From positions 1 to 64,000 of the forward strand of contig JBHLOC010000019.1 of assembly GCA_048940925.1 (NCBI GenBank): DNA of 64,000 nucleotides, given 5' to 3'. Source of the DNA: Promethearchaeota archaeon. GTDB taxonomy: Archaea; Asgardarchaeota; Lokiarchaeia; Sigyniarchaeales; SOKP01. Each line of letters opens with the position of its first letter. Position 1 is the first letter of the stretch. The position numbers and the translations under genes were made by a program. The notes under the pieces are model-generated. The model ran no database searches and was not told where the DNA came from. It saw nothing but the letters and a program-made list of their open reading frames with translations. This document shows, in pieces, positions 31,783 to 41,482 of this stretch.

Positions 31783-32715
31783 TTATCTTCTCATCATTCT
31801 TGGATTTCTAAACAAAGATAGTTCTTGTCTGGGCATTTTATAGTCTGTAGTTGCTGTCTTTTTCATTTGTTTGTATAACTTTTTAATCATCTTTTCAGCA
31901 TCTCTCATAAAATTACAAATACATCCAAAAATTATCATATAGAGTATAAAGGTTTTATCTTTTGCATAAGTTTCATCTGCAATCTGAATTTCAAAATTCT
32001 TTTGAATTCTTTGCCCATCTACTCGAGCAACTTTTTGCTGACCAATATATATCCAATAATTTCTTCCTGGGCCTACTATTCCTTTAGCATGAACTATTTG
32101 AAGTTTATCATCCTTCTGTTCTGGTAGAAGCGGCCAAGTCCAACGTGTCCCTAATAATCTCCACCCTCGCACAACTCGTGCTAGATAAATCATTCGTGGT
32201 ACTTGCATAAAAAATACAGGAGCAGGATGTTTAATTTCATAACTCTGAATTAATGAGTGAGCAACACTTAATTCAAGACCCCCCTTAAAATTACCTCCTT
32301 TAGGTTGAGCATCCATTGTTTCCTCCATAATGGTAAAGATACGGCACGAAAGATGTCTTTCTTCAAGTGGCTTTTCTTCCCAATCATCCTTACTAAAAGC
32401 AATAATATATTTTTTCTCTCCATCAACTTCTACTACGCCTTCAATATCAAAATTTTTGGAAAACCAACGAGTTTTAGCTTGATATTTAAGTTGTTGATGT
32501 ATTCCTAATTCTTCATCATGTAATCGTGTTCTCCAAAAGTTAACTTTCATTTTTTTGTATACTGCTTTCTTTGGTGCTATGGGTTTTTCAGGAGTAGCTG
32601 GTGCTTTAGAAGGTTTTTTAACTTTCTTTTTTGCTGGAGTCGTTCTTGATTTTTCTCTAGGCTTTGCTTTTTTTGCCGCTTCTTCTATTTCTTCTACTGG
32701 ATCTTCTTCTGACAT
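31783..32715 (-). CDS. Hypothetical protein, possible Tubby/LURP-one/scramblase-like fold
   Basis: Disordered K/P-rich N-terminus, beta-rich core, terminal NYWIYIG..KVARVDG..FEIQI..DKTFILYMIIFG helix. Confidence 0.55.
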   Translation of the reverse strand: MSEEDPVEEIEEAAKKAKPREKSRTTPAKKKVKKPSKAPATPEKPIAPKKAVYKKMKVNFWRTRLHDEELGIHQQLKYQAKTRWFSKNFDIEGVVEVDGEKKYIIAFSKDDWEEKPLEERHLSCRIFTIMEETMDAQPKGGNFKGGLELSVAHSLIQSYEIKHPAPVFFMQVPRMIYLARVVRGWRLLGTRWTWPLLPEQKDDKLQIVHAKGIVGPGRNYWIYIGQQKVARVDGQRIQKNFEIQIADETYAKDKTFILYMIIFGCICNFMRDAEKMIKKLYKQMKKTATTDYKMPRQELSLFRNPRMMRR

Positions 32716-33051
32716 AACTAATCACATTTCCAAAATAAATTTTAAAATTTTTTTTGTTTTAAAATTAAATCTTTTTATTTCATTTTTAATTTTTTCTAAT
32801 AATAAGTTTAGTAATAAACTAATCATCACGTATTTATATTTTTATTTATATGGAATTAATATTCTTATTTTTATATGATTAAAAACGACATAAATTAGAG
32901 ATATAATTATTAAATTATTTCTAAGACTTAAAGTGGAAAATTATTATCTCTGAATTTCCCTATGCAGATTTCTACTTTTTAACAAAAATATCAAGTTTCG
33001 AAAAATAAAAAATGATTCAAAAAAGCAGATAGATATAAAATTTTAATAAAT

Positions 33052-35307
33052 TTATTTTTCGATATCGAATCTTACTTCACATCTATCTGAGTCACAGAAT
33101 TTCTCACCTATGGCTCTATCTCTTGTCTCATCTAAGTTAAATGAAGTAATTCGGTGTATCATTTCTTCATATTGCTCTAAAGTAATTTCTTCATATGGAG
33201 CTTGCCTATAACCATGTTCTTTTATTGGCAGAAAACTTACGCTTTTTAGTTTATCTTCACAAAATTGCAGAACATGTTCAATTTGATTTGCTTCTTCTTC
33301 CTTGAATGTAATTGTAATACTAACTTGATTGTCGCTCCACCTCGCTTGATAATCAATAGCATTAGCTGCTTGTTCCCAAATAGTGACTCCATTTTTAGAA
33401 CGATCGAAATATTTCTCATGAATTGGGAACTCTGCAACTACAGTATTAGGCGAATATAAATCATCTTCAATTTTATAGCCAGCATTTTTTATTGGTTGAA
33501 TTAAATCAGAATTTTTTGAGATTCTAATTCGTCGTATATAATATTCTGAATGTGGATAATGAATTCCAGGTGGAACCCCCGGTAATAGGCTAACAGTTCC
33601 ACTAGGTTTAACTGTGGTTATTTTTATAGATTTAGGAATACATAACCAATCAGAGTAGGTTTCATCTAATTCCCTTAAATAGTTGTATCCTTTATCGCAC
33701 CATTCTAACATCGTTCTTCTCCCATGTTTTACAAATGCTTCAATAATACCAGTTTGTGAAATACCCATCCTTCGATTTTTTAACATAACAGCGTTAGTTT
33801 CTTTCCAATGGGTATTGACTAATGTAACTGACTTTGCATATAAGTAAGCATATTTTAAAGTTTCCTGAAATTCTTCATAAGACTCATGTCTTGAAGGAAA
33901 GGTTTCGACGAGACAACAAAGTTCAAAACTCTCAAGGGTTTGTTCTCCACATGGATTAACTCCTGCTGCTTTTTTATCTTTATAATTTGGGAGGTCTCCC
34001 ATCCTTCCATAATCTCTTGCATTTTCTAACCAAAAAACTCCAGGTTCTCCATTTACTGCAATTTGATTTGCTATGAAAGAATAATCTAGACCTTTAACTG
34101 CAAAAACAGAATTATTGCTTGCCCATCGATGAGAATATAATGCTTCCTCATCTTGCTTAGATGTAACAAAATTTAAATCTGTTGGATCACCCAAGGCGAT
34201 TTCAGCACTTCTCCGAACATTGCCCGCAACTACACATTTACCAATGTGATTCATAATGTCTAAAATATCAATAGATGTTATTTTTTGTCCTATTCTTGTT
34301 TCTAAGATTTTTTGTATATCTTCTAGCATTTTTTTTAATGGTGCTGGACCAGATGCTATTCCTCCAAATCCTCTAATGGGTTTACCCGCAGGCCTAATCT
34401 CTGAAAAATCGTAATTTGGAACTTGTTTACCTAGAAAATAAGCTTCTAAAATCAATTTTAAAGCCTCAACCCAACCTTCCCTACTATCAGGAATTCGGAA
34501 ATCAAAATGACCTTCTTTTGGTCTCTTAATTGTAATTTTACCAGCCCCTTTTGTATCGAAACCTACCCCTACTCCAAGCATTAATGCATCCATTACAAAT
34601 TCAAATGCTTTTGAGTGTTTTAGGTTGATATCTTCAGTAGAGGCGAAACCACAGTTGTTTAAAGACATAGAACCGTGACGAGCAATGAATTCTGTTCCCA
34701 TCATCCATAATCCTCTTCCTGGTGGTAAAAATTTGAAGTTCCAAATTTTCTTGAACATTATTTGAGCAGATTTTTGAGCTTTTTGATCACTCCAAGGAAG
34801 ACTTAACTTCATACAATGTTCTTTTTGAATGGAATAACAACCTTCCACCACACGACGAACAGTTTCCCAAAATTCTTCTTTACGATTTTCACCCTCAATA
34901 ATTCTGGCATAAGTTCGCTTATATGTGATATAGCCAAGAGGCCCCCACATAGGATGCTTTCCTTTATAATTTTTTATAAATTCTTCATCAAGTTTGAATC
35001 CGATACTTTCTAAATTAATAGCTCTTGCAAATAAGTTTCTATATTTATTCAAACCCCGTTGAGTAAGTTCTACACATACTAATTCCCTTATATAATTTGT
35101 AGTAATCTCGTCCATACCAAGGCCAATTATTGTTCGAATAACATCTTCTGCCACTTTCTCAGCAATATGGATATCAAGACCTGTTTCTTTGTTTAATATT
35201 TTAGCTATACTATTCTCATCAAATTTTTTCTTCTCACCCTTGGAATTAATGACATATTTTGGGTACAAATCTATTAACGAGAATGAATTATCGGTCATGA
35301 TTTCCAT
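33052..35307 (-). CDS. nrdJ: Adenosylcobalamin-dependent ribonucleoside-triphosphate reductase (class II, monomeric RTPR type) with N-terminal ATP cone
   Basis: ITYKRTYAR, LPPGRGLW, LNNC, VAGNVRRSA, NPCGEQ, TVKPSGT, C-terminal CDSDRC. Confidence 0.95.
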   Translation of the reverse strand: MEIMTDNSFSLIDLYPKYVINSKGEKKKFDENSIAKILNKETGLDIHIAEKVAEDVIRTIIGLGMDEITTNYIRELVCVELTQRGLNKYRNLFARAINLESIGFKLDEEFIKNYKGKHPMWGPLGYITYKRTYARIIEGENRKEEFWETVRRVVEGCYSIQKEHCMKLSLPWSDQKAQKSAQIMFKKIWNFKFLPPGRGLWMMGTEFIARHGSMSLNNCGFASTEDINLKHSKAFEFVMDALMLGVGVGFDTKGAGKITIKRPKEGHFDFRIPDSREGWVEALKLILEAYFLGKQVPNYDFSEIRPAGKPIRGFGGIASGPAPLKKMLEDIQKILETRIGQKITSIDILDIMNHIGKCVVAGNVRRSAEIALGDPTDLNFVTSKQDEEALYSHRWASNNSVFAVKGLDYSFIANQIAVNGEPGVFWLENARDYGRMGDLPNYKDKKAAGVNPCGEQTLESFELCCLVETFPSRHESYEEFQETLKYAYLYAKSVTLVNTHWKETNAVMLKNRRMGISQTGIIEAFVKHGRRTMLEWCDKGYNYLRELDETYSDWLCIPKSIKITTVKPSGTVSLLPGVPPGIHYPHSEYYIRRIRISKNSDLIQPIKNAGYKIEDDLYSPNTVVAEFPIHEKYFDRSKNGVTIWEQAANAIDYQARWSDNQVSITITFKEEEANQIEHVLQFCEDKLKSVSFLPIKEHGYRQAPYEEITLEQYEEMIHRITSFNLDETRDRAIGEKFCDSDRCEVRFDIEK

Positions 35308-35853
35308 CCAATATTATTTAATTTATTAATTTTTAAATTTTATCGGCTATTTTAATTCTATACTAATTAATGATGCCTTAACCGTCCTATAAATTTATAA
35401 TTTCTTTTCATTTAAAATTAATGGATAATTTATATTAAGCTATTGATTAATTTCTTTAATTTTAGATTATTTATGTCTTGACAAATCTATGGAATATACA
35501 CAAATTAGTAAATATATTTTTATTGGTTTTGTTTAATAAAATTTTAGAAATTTTTTAGTCGAAATTATGTCGGTAATTATTTATTATTATAAATAGTCAA
35601 ATATTTTTAAACAAATATTCATATTAGATTTATTAATTTTAAATTATGATTTTAATAGACAAAAGATAATAAAATAAAAGGGAAACTTAAGTTTAAATAA
35701 TAATTTTAGATCAATTTTGTAATACCAAAATACCATTATTTTTGATTTGATTTTTAATCTGAAAATTTTTAAATACTCAAAAGTATATAAATCAAGAAAA
35801 AAGCAAGAAAATAGGCAAAACATAAATTATATTTTTGTAAGGTAGACATATTA

Positions 35854-36780
35854 GTGGAACTTCAAGAATCTAAAAGCCAAAAAGAAAATAATTCCAATGA
35901 TATTATTAAAGAAGAAATTAAATTGCAGCTACACTTATGGTTACCCGCGTTCTTTATTATCTATTTTTGCTCCTTTTTAATACCAGCCGGAATTTTTATG
36001 ATATTCATTATGTTGTTTTATTTACCAAATTTCTTAGAGATAAGAAATTTTATTTCTCTTTTGACTAATTTACCTTCACTTATTGCAGCTTTGACGCTAC
36101 CTATTGTAATAATAATGTGCTATTTAATACACTTATTTATCGTAGCGTTAATTACTCGGTGGTTTTGGAGATATTCAGAAAAAAAATCTCCTTCCAAATC
36201 GGGTATTATTCCTAGAAACATTCCTAGTAAAACCTTAAATTTTTACCATTTTCGTTCATTTATAATAAAATATCCCAAAAATGCTTTTTCAAGAGGTCCT
36301 TTCCCTTGGCTCCTAAAGTGGATGTATAATTTTGTTGGTTCTAACAAGATTGGGAAAGGTTCTGTCATTGAAGAGCAACTCGCAGGTGATAGGTTTGTAG
36401 AAATAGGTGAAAATTCATATATAGGGATTAATGCAGGTGTTAGTTCACATGCTGTTGAAGGGATATTTGGAAATATTTCATTTGCAAAGATAAAAATCAG
36501 AAATAATTTTACTGCAGCGGCATTTAATTGTATTGCCCCAGGAGTTGATACCGGAGATAATTCATGGTGGTTACCAATGACAGGAGCAACAAAATACAAT
36601 ATTCTAAAAGGGGACAATTTTTATTTTGGTACACCTCTGAGGAAAATTTTTAAAAGAAAAGTTATGGATTATCTACAAATAACAGAGGACGATTTAAAAA
36701 GAGCGGAAAATCTAAATAAAAAGCTAAGTATATCAGGACAGATAAAAAATAAAACGGAGAATAATAACTCTAATGAGTGA
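35854..36780 (+). CDS. Membrane-anchored left-handed beta-helix (hexapeptide) protein, module type A
   Basis: Two TMs, SPSKSGIIPRN, IGKGSVI/IGENSYIG hexapeptides, SSHAVEG, FGTP. Confidence 0.85.
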   Translation: MELQESKSQKENNSNDIIKEEIKLQLHLWLPAFFIIYFCSFLIPAGIFMIFIMLFYLPNFLEIRNFISLLTNLPSLIAALTLPIVIIMCYLIHLFIVALITRWFWRYSEKKSPSKSGIIPRNIPSKTLNFYHFRSFIIKYPKNAFSRGPFPWLLKWMYNFVGSNKIGKGSVIEEQLAGDRFVEIGENSYIGINAGVSSHAVEGIFGNISFAKIKIRNNFTAAAFNCIAPGVDTGDNSWWLPMTGATKYNILKGDNFYFGTPLRKIFKRKVMDYLQITEDDLKRAENLNKKLSISGQIKNKTENNNSNE

Positions 36781-37669
36781 AAGTCAAGCTTCTGAATCAA
36801 AAAGAGTCAAAGTTGGAAAAGTGGATTATACTATTGATTTTGTAACAAGTAGTGCTATTAGCAGAATTAGCCTTAAGTTTCTTATTCTTTATATACCAAT
36901 TCTCTGGATTTCAGGATATATGTCTGTAGCCGTTTTTTTCGACATTTCTAGATTAATTAATAATTGGATAATTACAATGTTTCTATTACCTGTATGGTTA
37001 TTCATCCTTTATTTTATTTTTATTTTCGGTGTAGCTATTTTTACAAAAGCATTCCTTCTAATAATTAACATGATTCATAGACCAAAGGAAGGAATATTTA
37101 AAGCAGAAGAAGGCGATAAAGATTATGAATTTTGGAGATTGAGAGTAGAATTGAAGAAATTGGTATTCTGGTTGATGAATAATGGACCATTATCATGGGT
37201 TATAATGTGGGGTTTTCGATGGATGGGTATTCACGTAGATTTCTCTAGTCATATGCAAGATGCTTGGTCAGATGGCGGATTTATTGAATTTGGTCGAAAT
37301 ATAACAGTTGGACAAGGCGCTGTAGTAATGAGTTCAATGGTTGTAGGGAAATATTTAATAATTAAAAAAGTCATTTTTGGAGATTATACAGTTGTTGGTG
37401 GTGTTTCAAATATTTCTCCAGGTACTATATTGGGTAACGAATCGGTAATTGGTGCGTTTTCTACTACAATTCCAAATCAACTTATTGAAGCGGGTTGGAT
37501 TTATTTAGGCCAATTCGCGAGGAAACTTAAACGAAATAAATATGCTCAGCAAAGAAGAGATTTAATTTATGAAAAGGTTGTAGATGAAGAAATAAAGTAT
37601 GAAGTTCAACGAGAGGTTAATATTGATGAAGATAAAAAAGCATTGCTAAATAATAATAAGGAGGGATAA
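36773..37669 (+). CDS. Membrane-anchored LbH protein, module type B
   Basis: IDFVTSSAISRI, two TMs, HRPKEG, FGRNITVGQGAVV, GDYTVVG. Confidence 0.85.
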   Translation: MSESQASESKRVKVGKVDYTIDFVTSSAISRISLKFLILYIPILWISGYMSVAVFFDISRLINNWIITMFLLPVWLFILYFIFIFGVAIFTKAFLLIINMIHRPKEGIFKAEEGDKDYEFWRLRVELKKLVFWLMNNGPLSWVIMWGFRWMGIHVDFSSHMQDAWSDGGFIEFGRNITVGQGAVVMSSMVVGKYLIIKKVIFGDYTVVGGVSNISPGTILGNESVIGAFSTTIPNQLIEAGWIYLGQFARKLKRNKYAQQRRDLIYEKVVDEEIKYEVQREVNIDEDKKALLNNNKEG

Positions 37670-37675
37670 AGAAGC

Positions 37676-38524
37676 ATGTCAGTACCCTCAAGTTTAAAGG
37701 TTGGTCCAAACACTACTCTCACCCTAGTCAAGATGAGGTATTTAACTTTTTATATATTTCTAATTTGGATTTCCATTTTTACAATCCAATTTGAATTTTG
37801 GGTATTTTGGGGACTTTATGAGTCGAAATTTATCCAGTTCTTGTTTTTTCTCCCACTTTTAATTTTTATTATGTATTTAACATCGATATTAATATCTTTA
37901 ATCTTTGCTAAAATATTTCTCATTCTAGTAAATTTAATTCATAAGCCACGTGAGGGAGTTTTTCTTAGACATTCTTCTGATAAAGATTATAAATATTGGA
38001 GTTTAAGGAGTGTTATTAAGAAATGGCCATTATGGTTGTCACATAAATTTCCTTTTCCCTTTATGGATAATATTTGTTTAAAAATGTTTGGTATAAAAAC
38101 AAAATTTGCAAATTCTCTTTTTGAAGGATTTATTGATACTGAATTTATAGAGTTTGGTGAAAATGTGATTGTTGGGCAAAGTGCGATTGTTCAATCAGCG
38201 GTCATAGTTGGAAATCTCTTTATTATTAGAAAGACTATTATTGAGGACAACGCTGTAATTGGTGCTCATAGTATTGTAATGCCGGGATCTCATATTAAGA
38301 AAAACTCAATTCTAGCTGGAAGCTCTCTGACTACAGTTGGCCAAGAGCTAGAAGAAAATTGGGTGTATTTAGGTGCTCCTGCTAAAAAATATAAACCTAA
38401 TGTGTTTTTTGAAGATAATCTAGAAGATATAATTAGCAAGCAAGGAGAAATGGAAAAAATCTTAGAAAGCGTCTATGAAGATTTATATACAATCCGAAAG
38501 GATAAACATAAAAAAGTTGAATAA
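37676..38524 (+). CDS. Membrane-anchored LbH protein, module type C
   Basis: MSVP start, two TMs, HKPREG..DY.YWSLR, FGENVIVGQ, YLGAPA. Confidence 0.85.
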   Translation: MSVPSSLKVGPNTTLTLVKMRYLTFYIFLIWISIFTIQFEFWVFWGLYESKFIQFLFFLPLLIFIMYLTSILISLIFAKIFLILVNLIHKPREGVFLRHSSDKDYKYWSLRSVIKKWPLWLSHKFPFPFMDNICLKMFGIKTKFANSLFEGFIDTEFIEFGENVIVGQSAIVQSAVIVGNLFIIRKTIIEDNAVIGAHSIVMPGSHIKKNSILAGSSLTTVGQELEENWVYLGAPAKKYKPNVFFEDNLEDIISKQGEMEKILESVYEDLYTIRKDKHKKVE

Positions 38525-38576
38525 AAAAAAATCCCTCATCCTATTATTTAAAAAATTAAATAAATGCTGATTAAAT

Positions 38577-39365
38577 ATGAAAGTTGGTTATATTCAAACC
38601 TCTCCAATTTTTGGGGAGAAGGAGCAAAATTTAGAAGAAATTGAAAAATTAACAAATAATTTGAAAGCAGATCTAATCGTTTTACCTGAGTTATTCGCAA
38701 CAGGATACACATTTACTTCAAAGAAAGAAGCTAAATCTTTAGCAGAAGGGTTTAAAGAAGAAACAGCTCGATTTATGATTAATTTATCAGAAAAAACTAA
38801 TTCCATAATTGTTGGAGGATTTATTGAAGCTGAAAATAATAATATCTTCAATTCCTCTATGATAGTGTCCAATTCAAAAGTATTGGGAACATACCGTAAA
38901 ATTCATTTATATTATAAGGAGAAACTATGGTTTTCTCCTGGAAATCGACCTCCTCAAATATTTAGCATTAATGGTGTCAATATCGGGATAATGATTTGTT
39001 TTGATTGGATCTTTCCAGAAACAGCTCGGACTCTCGCTCTTTTGGGTGCAGATATAATAGCTCATCCCGCTAATCTAGTTCTTCCTTATTGTCAGAAGGC
39101 AATGGTTACACGATGTCTTGAAAATCGAATCTTTGCTGTAACTTCAAATAGATTTGGTGAAGAAAACAGAGGATCTGATAACTTTAAATTTACAGGTCAA
39201 AGTCAAATAACTTCTTACAACGGGGAAATTTTATCTTTGGCTCCTAAAGATAAAATATATGTAGATATAATAGATGTTGATATCAATAAAGCAAGGAATA
39301 AAAAATTAAACGAATATAATGATATAATAGATGATAGAAGAGAAGACTTTTACTATAAAAAGTAA
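38577..39365 (+). CDS. Carbon-nitrogen hydrolase (nitrilase superfamily)
   Basis: Catalytic triad LPE, YRKIHL, MICFD. Confidence 0.95.
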   Translation: MKVGYIQTSPIFGEKEQNLEEIEKLTNNLKADLIVLPELFATGYTFTSKKEAKSLAEGFKEETARFMINLSEKTNSIIVGGFIEAENNNIFNSSMIVSNSKVLGTYRKIHLYYKEKLWFSPGNRPPQIFSINGVNIGIMICFDWIFPETARTLALLGADIIAHPANLVLPYCQKAMVTRCLENRIFAVTSNRFGEENRGSDNFKFTGQSQITSYNGEILSLAPKDKIYVDIIDVDINKARNKKLNEYNDIIDDRREDFYYKK

Positions 39366-39392
39366 AAAAAAAAAAAATAAAATATTAAAATA

Positions 39393-40199
39393 TTAAGGCT
39401 GTAAAATACCTCCAAAAGCTAGCCATGCCAACAACGATTTAGCTACTAAACTTAATATTATATAAACACGTTCACCAAAAAGATAATCTTTCCAAGGACC
39501 GACTCCTTTATATTGAAGCACCATGTTAATTGCAAAAGTATTAAATAAAATTAAATAGGTATAAAATATCCAATAGACAAAGTCAGGTATGCCCTCAGCA
39601 TCTACTCCATAAAAGTAGCCAAAAATTACAATCCATGGAATTGCTCCAGATATACATCCCATTATAAAAGGCTTCCAGTTTGTTTTTTCAGTGTATTGAT
39701 TAACTAATTCCATTACATAACCAAACATTATCATCGTTGCATTTAATACAAAGATCATAACCAAAGACCATACATCCCATACACCAAAAAGCAGTGAAAT
39801 GAATACGATCATCACCGAGCTAGAGAAAGCATATTCATACCAACGGTATGGGTTGAATCCTTTCTTTAAATTTTCATTATATCTTTTATTAAGCGGATAT
39901 GCAATTAAAAGATGGGCTAATGCTGACATTAATAGAAAAGACGCTAATATAGCTCCAACATATGAAATTGTAAATATGGCCTCAGGATTGGGATAAATGT
40001 TAAAGGTATCTGGAGAAATTACCTCATAAGTCAAATAAAAGGTATAAATATCTCTAGAGAAATCTAAGATTAGACCTACAGTTAACATTAGTATACCTTG
40101 TATCAAATGGAGGATTCCCATGTTTCTATTAAATTTCTTCAAATAATCGAATGATATATCTGAATTGGCAATAATTTCTTGTCGTTCTTTATAATTCAT
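39393..40199 (-). CDS. heR: Heliorhodopsin
   Basis: N..MGILHLIQG, SALAH, NPYRWYEYAFSSSVM, YIILSLVAKSLLAW with retinal-binding Lys; seven TMs. Confidence 0.95.
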   Translation of the reverse strand: MNYKERQEIIANSDISFDYLKKFNRNMGILHLIQGILMLTVGLILDFSRDIYTFYLTYEVISPDTFNIYPNPEAIFTISYVGAILASFLLMSALAHLLIAYPLNKRYNENLKKGFNPYRWYEYAFSSSVMIVFISLLFGVWDVWSLVMIFVLNATMIMFGYVMELVNQYTEKTNWKPFIMGCISGAIPWIVIFGYFYGVDAEGIPDFVYWIFYTYLILFNTFAINMVLQYKGVGPWKDYLFGERVYIILSLVAKSLLAWLAFGGILQP

Positions 40200-40506
40200 T
40201 TTAATTGTTTTTTTGTGTAAATTTTATAATATCATTTAACCCAAAAATAAACTTAAATTGTTTCTATATTAATTATTAAAATTTCATAAGAAGTAATTTT
40301 AGAATAATTGGAAAATTCTTTAATTTTTAATATTTTATTAACGATGATAAATGTGAAATTCAATATTATTGAGTTTTAATCGAGAGATGTTTACTGCCAA
40401 ATTTTTATTTGAAATTGTTTTAAGTATTAATTTTAATTTAGAATAAAAAAAAATAATTAAATCAAAACAATAAAATAAGTTTCTTTTTTTAGTTGAATTT
40501 CGGGAT

Positions 40507-41049
40507 TTAATTATGTTCTACAATACCATAAAGACCTGTCAGAGGATCTTGAAACATAGGTAAATGTGGTGGTAAATAAGTAAATAACATAAAAATTAAA
40601 CCTAAAGTTATAAAAATAATCCATGAGAAAATTATTATTAATTTTGGTACCTTGGATATAGTTAAAATTTTATAACTTATTAATTGGCCAACTGCAACTC
40701 CAACAATAAAGGAAGAAATATCAATTATTAAGATTTCTGTTTTAAGAATTGCTGTATATGTATAAAATGTAATAATTATAATAACTATGCTTATCAACGC
40801 AGCTAACGTTTTTCCAACAATAAAGTTGTTTGTTCCTTCTTTTATATATTGATATTCAATTAATGAAAAGATTATAAGTGGCCAATATGGTAATTTCAAG
40901 TGTTCCCAAACACTCTCATTAACAGGAAAAAATCCTCCGATATATTCCCAGTGTCCTAACCATTCAAAAACAAAGTGAAATAGAGCCCCTACAAGGCTTA
41001 TAAAAATAATACCACCAATTTCCCATTTTAGTATCGAATTTTTTAACAT
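40507..41049 (-). CDS. DUF6512-like membrane protein
   Basis: G.LFHF.FEW, PVNESVWEHLKL, FTYLPPHLP.FQDP. Confidence 0.75.
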   Translation of the reverse strand: MLKNSILKWEIGGIIFISLVGALFHFVFEWLGHWEYIGGFFPVNESVWEHLKLPYWPLIIFSLIEYQYIKEGTNNFIVGKTLAALISIVIIIITFYTYTAILKTEILIIDISSFIVGVAVGQLISYKILTISKVPKLIIIFSWIIFITLGLIFMLFTYLPPHLPMFQDPLTGLYGIVEHN

Positions 41050-41482
41050 AGTTATATTAACACATTGTAATTTAATTGGATTTTTATTAAATTAATATGA
41101 ATTTCAAATACTATATTTTTAATTAAATATGTTTAGGAATAATTAAAATAACTTAGGTTTATTGAATATAAATCAAATTTGCTTTGACTTTTTTTATACC
41201 ATAAATTTTTAATTTTTTTTTATAATTTAGAGTATTTTTTAAATAACTTCTAAATCCTTAAAAAAAACAGAAATTTTGAACAAGTAAAGAAATTCATCTT
41301 TAAAATAAAAATAGTTAAAAATATAAACTTGAATATAACAAAACAATAAGAAAGTTTTTAAAATTTTTTGAATTCGACTCCAGCTATTAATTCTAAGAAA
41401 GGTTAAAAATATAAAGTAATTTATAATAATACTTTTTAACGACTTTAAAGTTAAATAAAAATATTAAAGTTGTGTCTAAAAG

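Noticed and set aside
36760-36790. Intron or frameshift joining module A and B genes to match the fused paralogs
   Set aside because: The junction is a short stop/start overlap with an upstream GGAG RBS and no BHB fold was found; separate genes are more parsimonious.
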